IMG/VR virus record: IMGVR_UViG_3300008954_002234
DNA: 64,000 nucleotides
Source of the DNA: an uncultured virus (IMG/VR IMGVR_UViG_3300008954_002234)
Lineage: Duplodnaviria; Heunggongvirae; Uroviricota; Caudoviricetes
Strand: one strand, 5' to 3'
A program made the translations under genes and the position numbers. Numbering within the stretch: the first letter of the stretch is position 1; every line of letters begins with the position of its first letter. The notes below the pieces were generated by a model that worked only from the letters and a program-made list of their open reading frames with translations, made no database searches and was not told the DNA's origin. Below are positions 1 to 9,446 of the stretch, piece by piece.

Positions 1-113
1 AATGTCTTCCATGGCTCAGAGCCTTTACTTTAGCACCTAATATGCCATTTAAAAAAACCCTTTAAATAAGCAAATTATATCAAAAGCACATGAATGATTT
101 TGTACACAATGAC

Positions 114-146
114 AAAAAAACCCCTCGCCTCAAAAAAGCAAGGGGT
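114..146 (-). terminator. Intrinsic terminator
   Basis: CCCCT..AGGGG stem with an A-run on + (U-tail on -), just downstream of the 170..466 gene. Confidence 0.7.
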
Positions 147-169
147 CTGTAGTAGGTTTGTGGTTTAGA

Positions 170-466
170 TTACTTAACTTCGAGAGTAACTCCCTTAGTG
201 ACTTTAAGTGCCACATTGGTAATCCAAGCATAAACTGCTCCGCCGATCCAGCCACCAATACCCAAGCCAACTACTTTGCCTAGGTCAGCTGTCGCTGCGT
301 TGCTTACGCTTTTAATTGCTGCGTCTACGTCACCGAGGTTCCCGGCTGCGACTACAGCCAGTACTGGAAGCACGATTCCGCTAACGACACCCGTAACTGC
401 CCCCAACAAACCCAGAAAGTTTGCGAAAGGAAGTACGCCGATCTTATTGATTGTCAATTTCTTCAT
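170..466 (-). CDS. Small two-TM membrane protein (DUF3566-like)
   Basis: Two Gly-rich hydrophobic helices, C-terminal GVTLEVK; start placed at MKKLTINK. Confidence 0.55.
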   Translation of the reverse strand: MKKLTINKIGVLPFANFLGLLGAVTGVVSGIVLPVLAVVAAGNLGDVDAAIKSVSNAATADLGKVVGLGIGGWIGGAVYAWITNVALKVTKGVTLEVK

Positions 467-543
467 ATTATTGCGCAAATCCACCCACTACAACAAATAG
501 CAGGTGTCTCTCGTTATACACTTAATTTAAGATTTATCCCAAT

Positions 544-580
544 AAAAAAACCCCCGCTCGTTAGAGCGAGGGTCGGGGTT
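544..580 (-). terminator. Intrinsic terminator
   Basis: CCC-CGCTC-GTTA-GAGCG-AGGG hairpin plus a run of 7 A on +. Confidence 0.7.
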
Positions 581-606
581 CGTAGCGTTTCTCCTTGGCG
601 TCAGTA

Positions 607-1317
607 TTAAAATTTATACCTAAGCCCCACGAGCCAAGACCAGTCTCCATTTGCCTCATATGAAGCAAAGTTGAAGCTATCTGCGTCAAAGTCGTTATCC
701 ACCCAGTTGACAGTACCGAAAGGTGTCAGACCTCCGAGAAGATCTGTTTCGTATGTCAAAGTTGCGGAAGCAACAATAGACTCGTAGTCGTCGAACTGAT
801 TCCAAGAGATAGTTGGTGCTATACCAAGGCCCCAAAGGCTCAATTCGGTCTCAGCGCCAATAGCGTAACCTTTTTGCCCAAGTTCGAAATCATTTACGAG
901 CTTGACATAAGGGCTCAATACCGGGTTAACCAATCCAACCTTAGCTGCGATCTCTGTGCTATCAGGAATATTAGATACACCACTTTGATGTCTCCAAAGT
1001 TCCGCACCGACTCTCAAACCAAAGTTTTCGAAACCCAATGTTTTTCCTACGCCTAGATTCCAGTGAGACTCTGAATTATCCTCTTCCGGCATCGCCAATA
1101 AAGCACCACCCGTTAGATCTAGTCCCAATGGCAAAGCGTTAGGCTTTACAAATGTTCCACCAACAAATGGAGCTTCTGAAACCCTAGGTACACCGTTAAT
1201 GTAAAGGGTATCTACGTAACCAGCCTCAAGCGTCAAAGTATTACTTGGGGCTGTGTCTTCTGCATATGTGCTATGCAGACCAATCGTGAGCATTAATGCT
1301 GCTGCTAGTTTCTTCAT
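607..1317 (-). CDS. Outer-membrane beta-barrel (porin-like) protein
   Basis: Signal peptide, alternating amphipathic strands, C-terminal VGLRYKF beta-signal. Confidence 0.7.
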   Translation of the reverse strand: MKKLAAALMLTIGLHSTYAEDTAPSNTLTLEAGYVDTLYINGVPRVSEAPFVGGTFVKPNALPLGLDLTGGALLAMPEEDNSESHWNLGVGKTLGFENFGLRVGAELWRHQSGVSNIPDSTEIAAKVGLVNPVLSPYVKLVNDFELGQKGYAIGAETELSLWGLGIAPTISWNQFDDYESIVASATLTYETDLLGGLTPFGTVNWVDNDFDADSFNFASYEANGDWSWLVGLRYKF

Positions 1318-1499
1318 AATTTAAAATAAGGTTTGCTCTACTTAGAGCCAGTTTTAGTATTGTACATCTACCTTACACTTTTTTCAAGTTTTTTTTTGTA
1401 AAAATTTTGAGTGCGCTAAGAGCGCGTAAAGCGTCTTTTCCTAGAACAAATTAATAAAAATAAATTAATATAAATTAAAAAATTTAAATATAAAAATTA

Positions 1500-2372
1500 C
1501 TAATTAGACAGCCAATCTAATACATGAATAGTAGGTCTCCAATCAAGATTTTTTTTAATTTTTGATATATTTCCGCGAACAGAAAAAGCTTCTGCTTTTT
1601 TGGGGAGACGATTAATTTTTCCGCCTGTACCACAAATAGCTAAAGCTATGTCGTTAATAGAGGTGCATTCACCGTAAGCGACGTTAAAAACATCGCCATT
1701 ATGTTCGGAATTGTACTCTCCTGCTAAAATAGTTGCATTTATAACGTCATCAACATGTACGAAATCCCTTTCGTTCTCCCCTGAACCAAAAATTGTCAAA
1801 AATTTGTTATTTCTATGTTGGTTCTTAAGGATCGGCACGACTCCTTCTTCGGTTCCGGGGCCAAAAATGTTAAAATACCTTAAACAGGCAGTATCTAAGC
1901 CATAGTATTTAGAATATAGTTTGCAATATTTTTCTACTGTTAATTTTTGAAGTCCATAAGGACTCAAAGGCTCCGTTGGAGAAGTCTCTTCGTAAGAATC
2001 CAACTCGCTATCGCCATACACAGCTGAACTAGAAGCAAAGACGAAACGCTTAACTCCAGCCTCTCTGCAAAGTTCTAACAAATTGAGGGAGCCGACAACA
2101 TTTGTGTTATGATAGGCAATAACACGATCATGTGAAGCCTGCAAATCCTTTTTCGCGGCTAGGTGATAAACTATATCAACTCCTTCAATAATACTTCTTA
2201 ATTTTGTTAAATGTCCATAATTACAAATATCTAAGCAAAGATATTCTTGTTCAAGAAATTTCTTCTCATCAATTGTGTTATCTATGCTAATTACATCATG
2301 CCCCGCGTCATTTAGTTTTTTAACTAAGTGCGTTCCTATAAACCCAGCGCCGCCTGTAACTAATACTCTCAT
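1500..2372 (-). CDS. NAD-dependent sugar epimerase/dehydratase (extended SDR)
   Basis: VTGGAGFIG, SSSAVYG, YGLQK (YxxxK), LRYFNIFGP. Confidence 0.9.
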   Translation of the reverse strand: MRVLVTGGAGFIGTHLVKKLNDAGHDVISIDNTIDEKKFLEQEYLCLDICNYGHLTKLRSIIEGVDIVYHLAAKKDLQASHDRVIAYHNTNVVGSLNLLELCREAGVKRFVFASSSAVYGDSELDSYEETSPTEPLSPYGLQKLTVEKYCKLYSKYYGLDTACLRYFNIFGPGTEEGVVPILKNQHRNNKFLTIFGSGENERDFVHVDDVINATILAGEYNSEHNGDVFNVAYGECTSINDIALAICGTGGKINRLPKKAEAFSVRGNISKIKKNLDWRPTIHVLDWLSN

Positions 2373-2980
2373 TTTAAAAAATACCAAGTCGAAAAGAAAG
2401 ATTCTGTTGTTGTTTTAAGACCGTAACCGTGTTCTTCGACAAATTCATCAACAGCGGGGTTAACCCCAAATACTCCAACATATGCACCACGGAAATAAAT
2501 ATATTTGTCTTTTCCATTAGGGTGAAAGTGTGGGTCAAGGAACCAATCTTTCAGAGATCTAAGGTAGTCGTGCCCAGCTATCAGCCCTCCTTTTTTTACT
2601 TTAGGAAACCATAGCTGTATATCTTTCTTAGCTCCTTCATAAGAGTGGTCTCCATCTATATATATAAAATCTAGAGAATTATCTTCAAAAAGATCTACTG
2701 CTTGATGAGAAAGCGCTCGTATCATGATAGCTCTATCCTCTACCCCTTTTAAAACCTCTGTAGCTTTCAACATAACTTTGGGTGTTACTACGTCGTTGGT
2801 TGAACCTTCGACATCTGAGCCTTTCTCCGGTTCTCTCCAAGGGTCCACCAAGTAAAGGGTTCCCTCCCAGTTATCGAGAATATGTCTTGCGTATCTTCCA
2901 GCATACGAGCCTATCTCTACGCCTTTACCTGTTAAGCCGAGTGCATTCAACAAATCACATATTTCTTTTCTGTCTTTCAT
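2369..2980 (-). CDS. Class I SAM-dependent methyltransferase (Methyltransf_24-like)
   Basis: VEIGSYAG, LDFIYIDGDHSY, KKGGLIAGHDY. Confidence 0.85.
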   Translation of the reverse strand: MKDRKEICDLLNALGLTGKGVEIGSYAGRYARHILDNWEGTLYLVDPWREPEKGSDVEGSTNDVVTPKVMLKATEVLKGVEDRAIMIRALSHQAVDLFEDNSLDFIYIDGDHSYEGAKKDIQLWFPKVKKGGLIAGHDYLRSLKDWFLDPHFHPNGKDKYIYFRGAYVGVFGVNPAVDEFVEEHGYGLKTTTESFFSTWYFLK

Positions 2981-4563
2981 TATTTGTAAATATAATAATC
3001 TTCAAGCACTACTGCATCTAGTTGTGTTGAATCAAGTATCTCAATAGCTGTTAAGTAACGAGTAAGTATTGCCTTTCCTCTACTATTAAATGATGTGTTT
3101 ACAAGTACTGGTATGTTTGTTATTTTTTCAAACTCATCCAATACATTATAAATAAATTCATTATCTTTTTTTGTAACTGTTTGTAGTCTTGAAGAACCGT
3201 CTATGTGTGTCACAGCAGGTAATACTTTTTTATATTCTTCTCGAACAGGAGGACTGAAAGACATATATTTGTAGCATGCGTTTTTCGAAGTCTCAAAATA
3301 GTGAGAGGCTTTTTCCTCTTTGCATATAGGAGCGAACGGGCGGAACCATTCTCTAAATTTAACTTTACTGTTTATAGTATCTTTAGCCCGATGACTCCTT
3401 GGGTCTGCCAATATACTTCTGTTTCCTAATGCCCTTGGTCCTGTTTCGCTGTCTCCTCGACATACGCCGATTATTTTACCTTTCTCTAGCTCTGAAGCTA
3501 TAAGCTCTGGCGTTGCCTGTTTCCAAGGTCTATGATCTAAAATAAAAGGTAGAGCTCCTTTATCTAAAACCTGACAACCACTATACATGACCTCAGGAAC
3601 AATTTGACTTTTAAGATATCCAGTAATCATACCATAAGACAACCCACTGTCTCCGGGAGAACAGGGCACGAAGAAGTTTGTATCTGGATAAGTTTTAGAG
3701 AGCCTCTCATTTAAAATTACATTTAAAGCAGCGCCTCCTGTAAGACATACATTCTTATGTTTCTTATGGTCAAAGAAATCTACAAATGTTTCAAGGAAGC
3801 ATACCTCGAAAGCAAGTTGTACATTATATGCAAAATCATACGATTGCTTGCCTTCAAATTGGTTATATCTAAATTCTCCAAAGTTTTCTAAAAAGACAGC
3901 GTCGATTCCTTCTTTACCAGACTTAAAGTAAGGCATTATGCGATTAAAGAAGTCTTCGTTATAAGAGCCATATGCAGATAGTCCCATAATTTTACCAGCA
4001 CCTCCAAGTTCAGACGCCAAATCCCCTTCTCTCTTGCTAATCTCAGAATTAAAAGAGCTTAGCTTGGCGTATTTGGTTGGGTAAGGAGTAAATTGATAGT
4101 TATTGATCTGTCTGAAGTCTGGATTTTCCTTATTTACCTCATAAACGCAGAATGTACCGTCGTTTCCGCTTCCATCATAGCTGAAAATCAAAGCCTCATC
4201 GAAGCCACTAGAGTAAAACGCTCCTGCTGCATGGGATCTATGGTGATAAGTGTAATCATTTTGGAAGTTGACCTCTTTTATACCGAAAAAATTAATCATA
4301 AACTCGACAAGTTCCGGTGGGCACCACCATTCAAATAAACCCACATCATAACTAGTACGAAAAACACCTTTTTCCTTCAGGATTTCAACAAGATAAGTGC
4401 AAAAATCATGATATTGGCCCTCTCCTATCAACCTTCTCATGGAAAAATACCTATTACCAAAGATTCTTTCCAGTTCTATAGTATAAATAGCGTCTCCATT
4501 CAGGCAAATAGACAGATTTGCGTCGTGACTACCAGAAAAAAAACTAAAAATAGACTTATCCAT
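2980..4563 (-). CDS. O-carbamoyltransferase (NodU/CmcH/TobZ family)
   Basis: SHDA, HHRSHAA, DGSG, GGAALNV, GPRALGNRSILADP, KFREWFRPFAP, NTSFN. Confidence 0.92.
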   Translation of the reverse strand: MDKSIFSFFSGSHDANLSICLNGDAIYTIELERIFGNRYFSMRRLIGEGQYHDFCTYLVEILKEKGVFRTSYDVGLFEWWCPPELVEFMINFFGIKEVNFQNDYTYHHRSHAAGAFYSSGFDEALIFSYDGSGNDGTFCVYEVNKENPDFRQINNYQFTPYPTKYAKLSSFNSEISKREGDLASELGGAGKIMGLSAYGSYNEDFFNRIMPYFKSGKEGIDAVFLENFGEFRYNQFEGKQSYDFAYNVQLAFEVCFLETFVDFFDHKKHKNVCLTGGAALNVILNERLSKTYPDTNFFVPCSPGDSGLSYGMITGYLKSQIVPEVMYSGCQVLDKGALPFILDHRPWKQATPELIASELEKGKIIGVCRGDSETGPRALGNRSILADPRSHRAKDTINSKVKFREWFRPFAPICKEEKASHYFETSKNACYKYMSFSPPVREEYKKVLPAVTHIDGSSRLQTVTKKDNEFIYNVLDEFEKITNIPVLVNTSFNSRGKAILTRYLTAIEILDSTQLDAVVLEDYYIYK

Positions 4564-4903
4564 AGATTCTTACCTTAAATTTGTCTCCTAAATCCCTAAT
4601 AAATGAGTGCGTCCAGTAACTCCATGTGTTATCGAACCTAACGGGAAGAAAATCTGTACTAAGTACTATAGTATCAGCAAAAAAAACAGTCTTTATTTTT
4701 TTTATTTTAATATTTTCTGCTGACTGATTATATGGAAGGTTTATTCTTAGCCATCCATTGTTGTTATCAGAAAAAAAAGGTTTATCGAAGAGATTAAGTT
4801 TGTCATATATAAGAAAAGGCTTCTTATCTATCACTTTTATCTCACCAATAAGCGATATGTCTTGTTCTCTTTTTAAGAACTCAAAAGTATCCTTCATCTC
4901 CAA
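4556..4903 (-). CDS. Hypothetical protein
   Basis: ORF overlaps both neighbours within the operon. Confidence 0.5.
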   Translation of the reverse strand: MEMKDTFEFLKREQDISLIGEIKVIDKKPFLIYDKLNLFDKPFFSDNNNGWLRINLPYNQSAENIKIKKIKTVFFADTIVLSTDFLPVRFDNTWSYWTHSFIRDLGDKFKVRIYG

Positions 4904-5553
4904 TATTCTTTAACAAACTCGTGGTCTCTTAGCTCATGTTGTTTTTTGTCACTTTTACTTAATTCAATAAAATGACAAAATTTATTATCTTTATGCACAT
5001 CTATTCTTTTCTTGAAATGAGGTACGTATTTAGAAAACCATTCTTTAGGGAAAGTCTTATGTTTATGCTCTCCTAATTTCAAAAGTTTAGTCATAAATCT
5101 ATCAACTCCTCCTTCATGGTACAAGTTTTTATCGGCAATAAATTTATCCCACATGTAGTGATGTTTGTCTGGATTAAATTTTACAACGCAATCGTTATAT
5201 TCATTATTTCCATATAAGCCATTAGGAACCATGTATAGCTCGTCGTCCAATTCAAACAGCTCGTCTATGTCGTTATGTATTACTACATCTAAGTCGATGT
5301 TTATACAAGGCCCCGAAAGTACACCTTTTTTAAATAGCGACAGCCTGTTCCACCAGTGATTTAGTCTTTCTTCTGGTATTGGCCTTACGTCAATGTAAGT
5401 TTTTATTCCTCTTGAGTCTTCAGTAAAGCAAACAAAATTAAAATTATAAGAAGTATTTCTTTTTACCATTGAATACAGTCTGTTCACATATTCAGAAGAG
5501 TATTTATCTCCTATTTTGAAGCAAACTATATTTAATTTGTAGGATTTAAGCAC
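4894..5553 (-). CDS. Putative glycosyltransferase (GT-A, DxD)
   Basis: KIGDKYSSEYVNRLYSMVKRN, WWNRLSLF, IDLDVVI. Confidence 0.75.
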   Translation of the reverse strand: MLKSYKLNIVCFKIGDKYSSEYVNRLYSMVKRNTSYNFNFVCFTEDSRGIKTYIDVRPIPEERLNHWWNRLSLFKKGVLSGPCINIDLDVVIHNDIDELFELDDELYMVPNGLYGNNEYNDCVVKFNPDKHHYMWDKFIADKNLYHEGGVDRFMTKLLKLGEHKHKTFPKEWFSKYVPHFKKRIDVHKDNKFCHFIELSKSDKKQHELRDHEFVKEYWR

Positions 5554-5723
5554 TTAGCGATCCTATCTCTATAGTTTTGAGTCTCAGTTTGTATTTTTTC
5601 TAAAGTTTTTTGTATCTCTTCGGGCTCTTTATTAGTTAAGATCCTGTTGTTGAAGTAGGTTAGCATAGTTATAAGACTATTTGTCCTGCAGATAATCTCG
5701 TTGCTTCGCTGTGCCTCGGTCAC
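5532..5723 (-). CDS. Hypothetical protein
   Basis: Short helical ORF within the operon. Confidence 0.4.
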   Translation of the reverse strand: MTEAQRSNEIICRTNSLITMLTYFNNRILTNKEPEEIQKTLEKIQTETQNYRDRIAKCLNPTN

Positions 5724-5811
5724 TTTTAGAGATTCTTTCTTTTGAGATATTTGGGCTTCAATACAGCCTTTTGTTTATAATCCTCAAGAGTCTTAATTCC
5801 AAATAATTTTG

Positions 5812-6327
5812 CTAGAATTCTACGTACCATGTGCTTTCCTGTTCGTTTTTATTTAAATTTATAAACTTACCATACATTGGCTCAAAGAATTTGGGCGAGC
5901 CGTAAATCTCTCCTTGTTTATTATCATCAAAGAAGACGTTTATTGAGTGAGCGCTACTTACTGAGTTCTTATAAAAAATCGTTCCCACTAAAACCGACTC
6001 CGTGTCTACAATATTAGCCTTCCCTTTAGTGCGTTCAGAAAAAGTATAGGGATTGGCCTCTGCATGCAAAAGCTTCAAATACGTTTTAAAGGAGTTGGCT
6101 AGATCTTCGCAGTCAAAATTAGCTTTCCAATCGGAATTGTTTATGCCTCTACCAAAGTTGAATAAAGACATCCAATGTTTATAGCCTTGGTAGGCCTCAT
6201 TCTCTACCCAATCTAAATCAAGATATGCGTAGTCTCTATCTGTAGTTGGGTCTTTTTTGTTGCCGGGAAAGTGCAATGAAACTAATTCTTTAAGATTTTT
6301 ATTACTTATAGTTTTTATATCACTCAT
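5812..6327 (-). CDS. Putative papain/transglutaminase-like cysteine peptidase
   Basis: FDCEDLA, HSINVF and FFEP suggest a Cys-His-Glu triad. Confidence 0.5.
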   Translation of the reverse strand: MSDIKTISNKNLKELVSLHFPGNKKDPTTDRDYAYLDLDWVENEAYQGYKHWMSLFNFGRGINNSDWKANFDCEDLANSFKTYLKLLHAEANPYTFSERTKGKANIVDTESVLVGTIFYKNSVSSAHSINVFFDDNKQGEIYGSPKFFEPMYGKFINLNKNEQESTWYVEF

Positions 6328-6328
6328 A

Positions 6329-6520
6329 TTAGTAAATGATTATGTCGGAATTTTCGTCTTCCAACTTATATTCGGAGCTTTTCGCATTTTTGTATTTAGA
6401 TTGACAAACTGCGTATCTCTGTTTTGGGTCAGAAAACTCTTTAACCATTACGTCGTCTCCCATACATTTGTTCAGGAACTCTTTCTTGCCCTCAGGGCCT
6501 TTGGGGTTGGGAATAGGCAT
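6329..6520 (-). CDS. Small phage protein
   Basis: MPIPNP..EFLNKCMGD..QRYAVC pattern; start placed at ATG 6520. Confidence 0.6.
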   Translation of the reverse strand: MPIPNPKGPEGKKEFLNKCMGDDVMVKEFSDPKQRYAVCQSKYKNAKSSEYKLEDENSDIIIY

Positions 6521-6524
6521 TTTA

Positions 6525-6707
6525 TTAATTACATAAGCCGCCGCAAGGGCAGTCATCATCTTTATTTATTTCAGCACATTCTCCCTTACATGTGTCGTCA
6601 AAACACTTTGGGTTAGTACAGTATCTTATTTTTCCTCCTTTAGCCATCCTCTTAATGTCTTTCTCTACGACTTCTCTTACAACTGGGTGGCTAGGACTAG
6701 GTATCAT
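6525..6707 (-). CDS. Cys-rich small protein
   Basis: Seven Cys; GGTGTATA motif 7 nt upstream of ATG. Confidence 0.45.
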   Translation of the reverse strand: MIPSPSHPVVREVVEKDIKRMAKGGKIRYCTNPKCFDDTCKGECAEINKDDDCPCGGLCN

Positions 6708-6935
6708 ACTATGATATACACCTTTTGTATATTAGAAACACTTTTTTTTGCATACGCCCGCGGATTTTTTTTCAAAGTGATAAATCACAAAGACGTAAAA
6801 GCCTCGGGGAGAATGATAAATAGGCCACCGCGCCGTGTACCGCTTTTATATAGCGAATTCAGTTTCATAAACTAGTGCCTAAAGTGAAGAAAGGTGTTGA
6901 CATTGTGCCGCGCTTGTGCTAGACTGTTTTCTGTT

Positions 6936-7097
6936 ATGAGCGAAAAGGAAAAGCACATAGATTGGATGAATGAGCAGGACGCAGCTCGGATGCGTGAGGC
7001 CAAGCAGCACGACTTCGCTGGTGAGGAGGTCGAGATGGAGGAGGTCTTCATGGAGGACTTCGGTTGGGCTGGAGACACTTGTTGGACAGGCGAGTAA
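6936..7097 (+). CDS. Small acidic early protein
   Basis: ATG just downstream of the promoter; stop lies inside repeat unit 1. Confidence 0.6.
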   Translation: MSEKEKHIDWMNEQDAARMREAKQHDFAGEEVEMEEVFMEDFGWAGDTCWTGE

Positions 7098-7169
7098 TCC
7101 ATTGATAGTCAAAGAGTTACGACTCCACCCCTACCCGCGGCCGTAACTCTCTGATAGTCAACGACTTAC
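7094..7169 (+). repeat. 76-bp bipartite element, copy 1
   Basis: GTAATCCATTGATAGTCAAAGAGTTAC / gactccacccctacccgcggcc / GTAACTCTCTGATAGTCAACGACTTAC. Confidence 0.92.
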
Positions 7170-7242
7170 CAGCATCGAAAAAAAATGAAAAAAAGTAAAA
7201 ATAATGCTTGCAATTTTCTGAAATTGTGCTATACTATCTTCA

Positions 7243-7455
7243 GTGAGTGAGAGGAATACAATGACTTATCCAATTATGAATATGAATACTAACGAGATAG
7301 TTCACCCGATTGACAATGACCGAGTAATCACCGACGAGGTGCTGGTGTCATGCTGCGGGTGCGGATGTGAGCAGCGCATAAGCCGCGATGAAGCCAATGA
7401 GTGGGAAGGCGGTCTCTTTGGTGTGGATGGATGGATGTGCTGGGAGTGCGAATAA
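7243..7455 (+). CDS. Small Zn-finger-like acidic early protein
   Basis: CCGC..CWEC; GTG start 7 nt after the -10 box. Confidence 0.6.
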   Translation: MSERNTMTYPIMNMNTNEIVHPIDNDRVITDEVLVSCCGCGCEQRISRDEANEWEGGLFGVDGWMCWECE

Positions 7456-7495
7456 GTGCTTGACATTGACCCTAATTTGTGATAGGATATAACAA

Positions 7496-7711
7496 GTGAG
7501 TACGAGAATGACAGCATACGAAATGGCCAGCAAGATGATAAGGCGACCAAAGCCTGATGCACTCAAGCGTCTTGAGGCAGCACAGGAACAAGCGCGTAAG
7601 CAAAAACGCATGGTTAAAGAAGCACTTGAAGCAATCCGCTTGGCCAAGCCATACAAGCGCAGCGAAGATGCACCAACCTTAAAGGAATGGGATGATAAGT
7701 GGATAGGATAA
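7496..7711 (+). CDS. Small basic early protein
   Basis: Own promoter; GTG 7 nt after the -10 box. Confidence 0.6.
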   Translation: MSTRMTAYEMASKMIRRPKPDALKRLEAAQEQARKQKRMVKEALEAIRLAKPYKRSEDAPTLKEWDDKWIG

Positions 7712-7716
7712 CTCTA

Positions 7717-8238
7717 ATGCAATACACAAAACCAAATCTAATGAAATACGGAAATCAAAACTACACAGTCGAGAAGATACTCGTTGTGCTTGCTATACTG
7801 TGGGGCATGGCCACTATATGCAAGGTGGCAGCACAAGAGCATACGCATCGCACACACACGCTCACACGAGAGCAGAAGGTAGTAGCCATCACCATACTAG
7901 CAGAGGCAAGGGGTGAAGGTAGCAAGGGTATGTACGCTGTGGCTGCTGTCATAGCACAGCGTTCCTTTGAGCGTAAGCGTACACCAGAACAGGTATGTCT
8001 AAAGGCTTACCAGTTTAGCTGTTGGAATGGCAAGACAGTTAAAGACCTTGAACATCTACTCAAGATACCACAGGCTAAATACGCTATCAGCTTGGCCAAG
8101 GTAGTCAAGCAGTTAAGCCGTGACTATGTGGGCTATGCCAACCACTACCATGCCACATGGATGAAGAAGAAGCCTTACTGGGCCAAGGGCAAGAAGCCTG
8201 TCAAGGTAATTGGCCAACACGCTTTCTATAAACTATGA
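7717..8238 (+). CDS. SleB-like cell wall hydrolase (Hydrolase_2)
   Basis: TILAEARGEG, AVAAVIAQR, YQFSCWN, NHYHA, PYWA, IGQHAFY; N-terminal TM/signal; start uncertain (7717 or 7741). Confidence 0.88.
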   Translation: MQYTKPNLMKYGNQNYTVEKILVVLAILWGMATICKVAAQEHTHRTHTLTREQKVVAITILAEARGEGSKGMYAVAAVIAQRSFERKRTPEQVCLKAYQFSCWNGKTVKDLEHLLKIPQAKYAISLAKVVKQLSRDYVGYANHYHATWMKKKPYWAKGKKPVKVIGQHAFYKL

Positions 8239-8390
8239 AACTATCAACAGAAGATGCCGCAAATATCCTAGACGCCTTAAACGAATGGGACGAAACCACA
8301 GAGCCAAAAGAGATTGACGATAATGAAGTCGGCTTAAACTTTGAAAGATGGATTGACTTAAAACTCCGCTTAATGGAAGCGACAGCATGA
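8235..8390 (+). CDS. Hypothetical 51-aa protein (not in ORF track)
   Basis: ATGA overlaps with both neighbours. Confidence 0.55.
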   Translation: MKLSTEDAANILDALNEWDETTEPKEIDDNEVGLNFERWIDLKLRLMEATA

Positions 8391-8557
8391 AAATAAAAAT
8401 AACTAACATTGACTGGGACACAGACGAACACAACGTTGACCTCCCGCAACAGGTTGAGCTTGAGGTTGACCATGAGGATGAAATTGTCGACAAACTATCA
8501 GACAAATACGGTTGGTGCATTTATAAACTTAACTACGAAATAATAGATAAGTTTTAA
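8387..8557 (+). CDS. Hypothetical 56-aa protein (not in ORF track)
   Basis: MKIKITNIDWDTD..LSDKYGWCI; stop lies inside repeat unit 2. Confidence 0.6.
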   Translation: MKIKITNIDWDTDEHNVDLPQQVELEVDHEDEIVDKLSDKYGWCIYKLNYEIIDKF

Positions 8558-8629
8558 GTCGTTGACAATCAATGACTTAGGCCTGCGGCCCACCCCGCCG
8601 CCGTAACTCTCTGATACTCAGTGATTTAA
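8554..8629 (+). repeat. 76-bp bipartite element, copy 2
   Basis: TTAAGTCGTTGACAATCAATGACTTAG / gcctgcggcccaccccgccgcc / GTAACTCTCTGATACTCAGTGATTTAA. Confidence 0.92.
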
Positions 8630-8702
8630 AATCTCAAAAAAAAATAAAAAAAAGTGAAAAAAAGGCTTGCTATCTTGCGAAATCTATGCTATCCTATATC
8701 CA

Positions 8703-8858
8703 GTGAGTGAGAGAAAGACAATGAAAAATCAAATGACAATGACAGAGATTCGCCGCCTTTTCGAGGAACGCCGCAAGCGCGAAGCGGTACGGGCAAACCT
8801 TAAGAGAATCGGTAAAGCTGCCGCAGCCGCAGCCGAAGCGAGCCTTAAGAAAAATTAG
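8703..8858 (+). CDS. Small basic early protein
   Basis: GTG-AGT-GAG-AGA start after promoter 8667; alternative ATG at 8721. Confidence 0.55.
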   Translation: MSERKTMKNQMTMTEIRRLFEERRKREAVRANLKRIGKAAAAAAEASLKKN

Positions 8859-8862
8859 AAAA

Positions 8863-9078
8863 ATGATATACACACTCTACTGGAAAAACGAAGACACCAA
8901 CCGTGTTAGCCATAAGGACTTCATGGGCAAAGCTGGTGTTGACCACTCGGCAATGGATGCTGCAATGGAACTAGCCCAAGAGGCTGATACCAATATGTGG
9001 CCTTGGTTACTCGAAAGAGACGGCATAGAAGTCGCCCACGGTTGGGGCGGCGACCAAATAGGAAACTACCGTTTCTAA
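8863..9078 (+). CDS. Hypothetical early protein
   Basis: ORF co-transcribed with the previous gene. Confidence 0.6.
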   Translation: MIYTLYWKNEDTNRVSHKDFMGKAGVDHSAMDAAMELAQEADTNMWPWLLERDGIEVAHGWGGDQIGNYRF

Positions 9079-9081
9079 ATT

Positions 9082-9157
9082 GTAATTGCTTGGTAATCAA
9101 TGACTTAGGCCAGCGACCCCTCCCCCCGCCGTAACTCTTTGGTAATCAATAACTTAG
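9082..9157 (+). repeat. 76-bp bipartite element, copy 3
   Basis: GTAATTGCTTGGTAATCAATGACTTAG / gccagcgacccctccccccgcc / GTAACTCTTTGGTAATCAATAACTTAG. Confidence 0.92.
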
Positions 9158-9230
9158 GACCTTAAAAAAAGTGAAAAAAAAGTTGAAAAAGGGCTTGACT
9201 TTTACCGATTTTTCTGATAGACTATTCCCA

Positions 9231-9389
9231 GTGAGTGAGAGAAATAAGAAAACTAAAACGGTTAAGGTCAAAGGGCCTTGGGTTGATGGAGTGCAGACAG
9301 TCAAAGAGATTAGTCTGGAAGAGTGGACAAGCTACACGCCACTAAACACAAGAGTAAAGGGACAATGGTTCCGAGTTGTGGGATGGTAA
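9231..9389 (+). CDS. Small early protein
   Basis: GTG start 7 nt after the -10 box; no in-frame ATG. Confidence 0.55.
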   Translation: MSERNKKTKTVKVKGPWVDGVQTVKEISLEEWTSYTPLNTRVKGQWFRVVGW

Positions 9390-9446
9390 AAAAGTTGAAA
9401 AAAGTGCTTGACTTTAAGCGTAAATTGTGCTAGACTATTAAAAGTT

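Noticed and set aside
6770..6850. A tenth copy of the 76-bp element here, or at about 18586-18630
   Set aside because: Only partial arm similarity, and the 27-22-27 geometry is absent.
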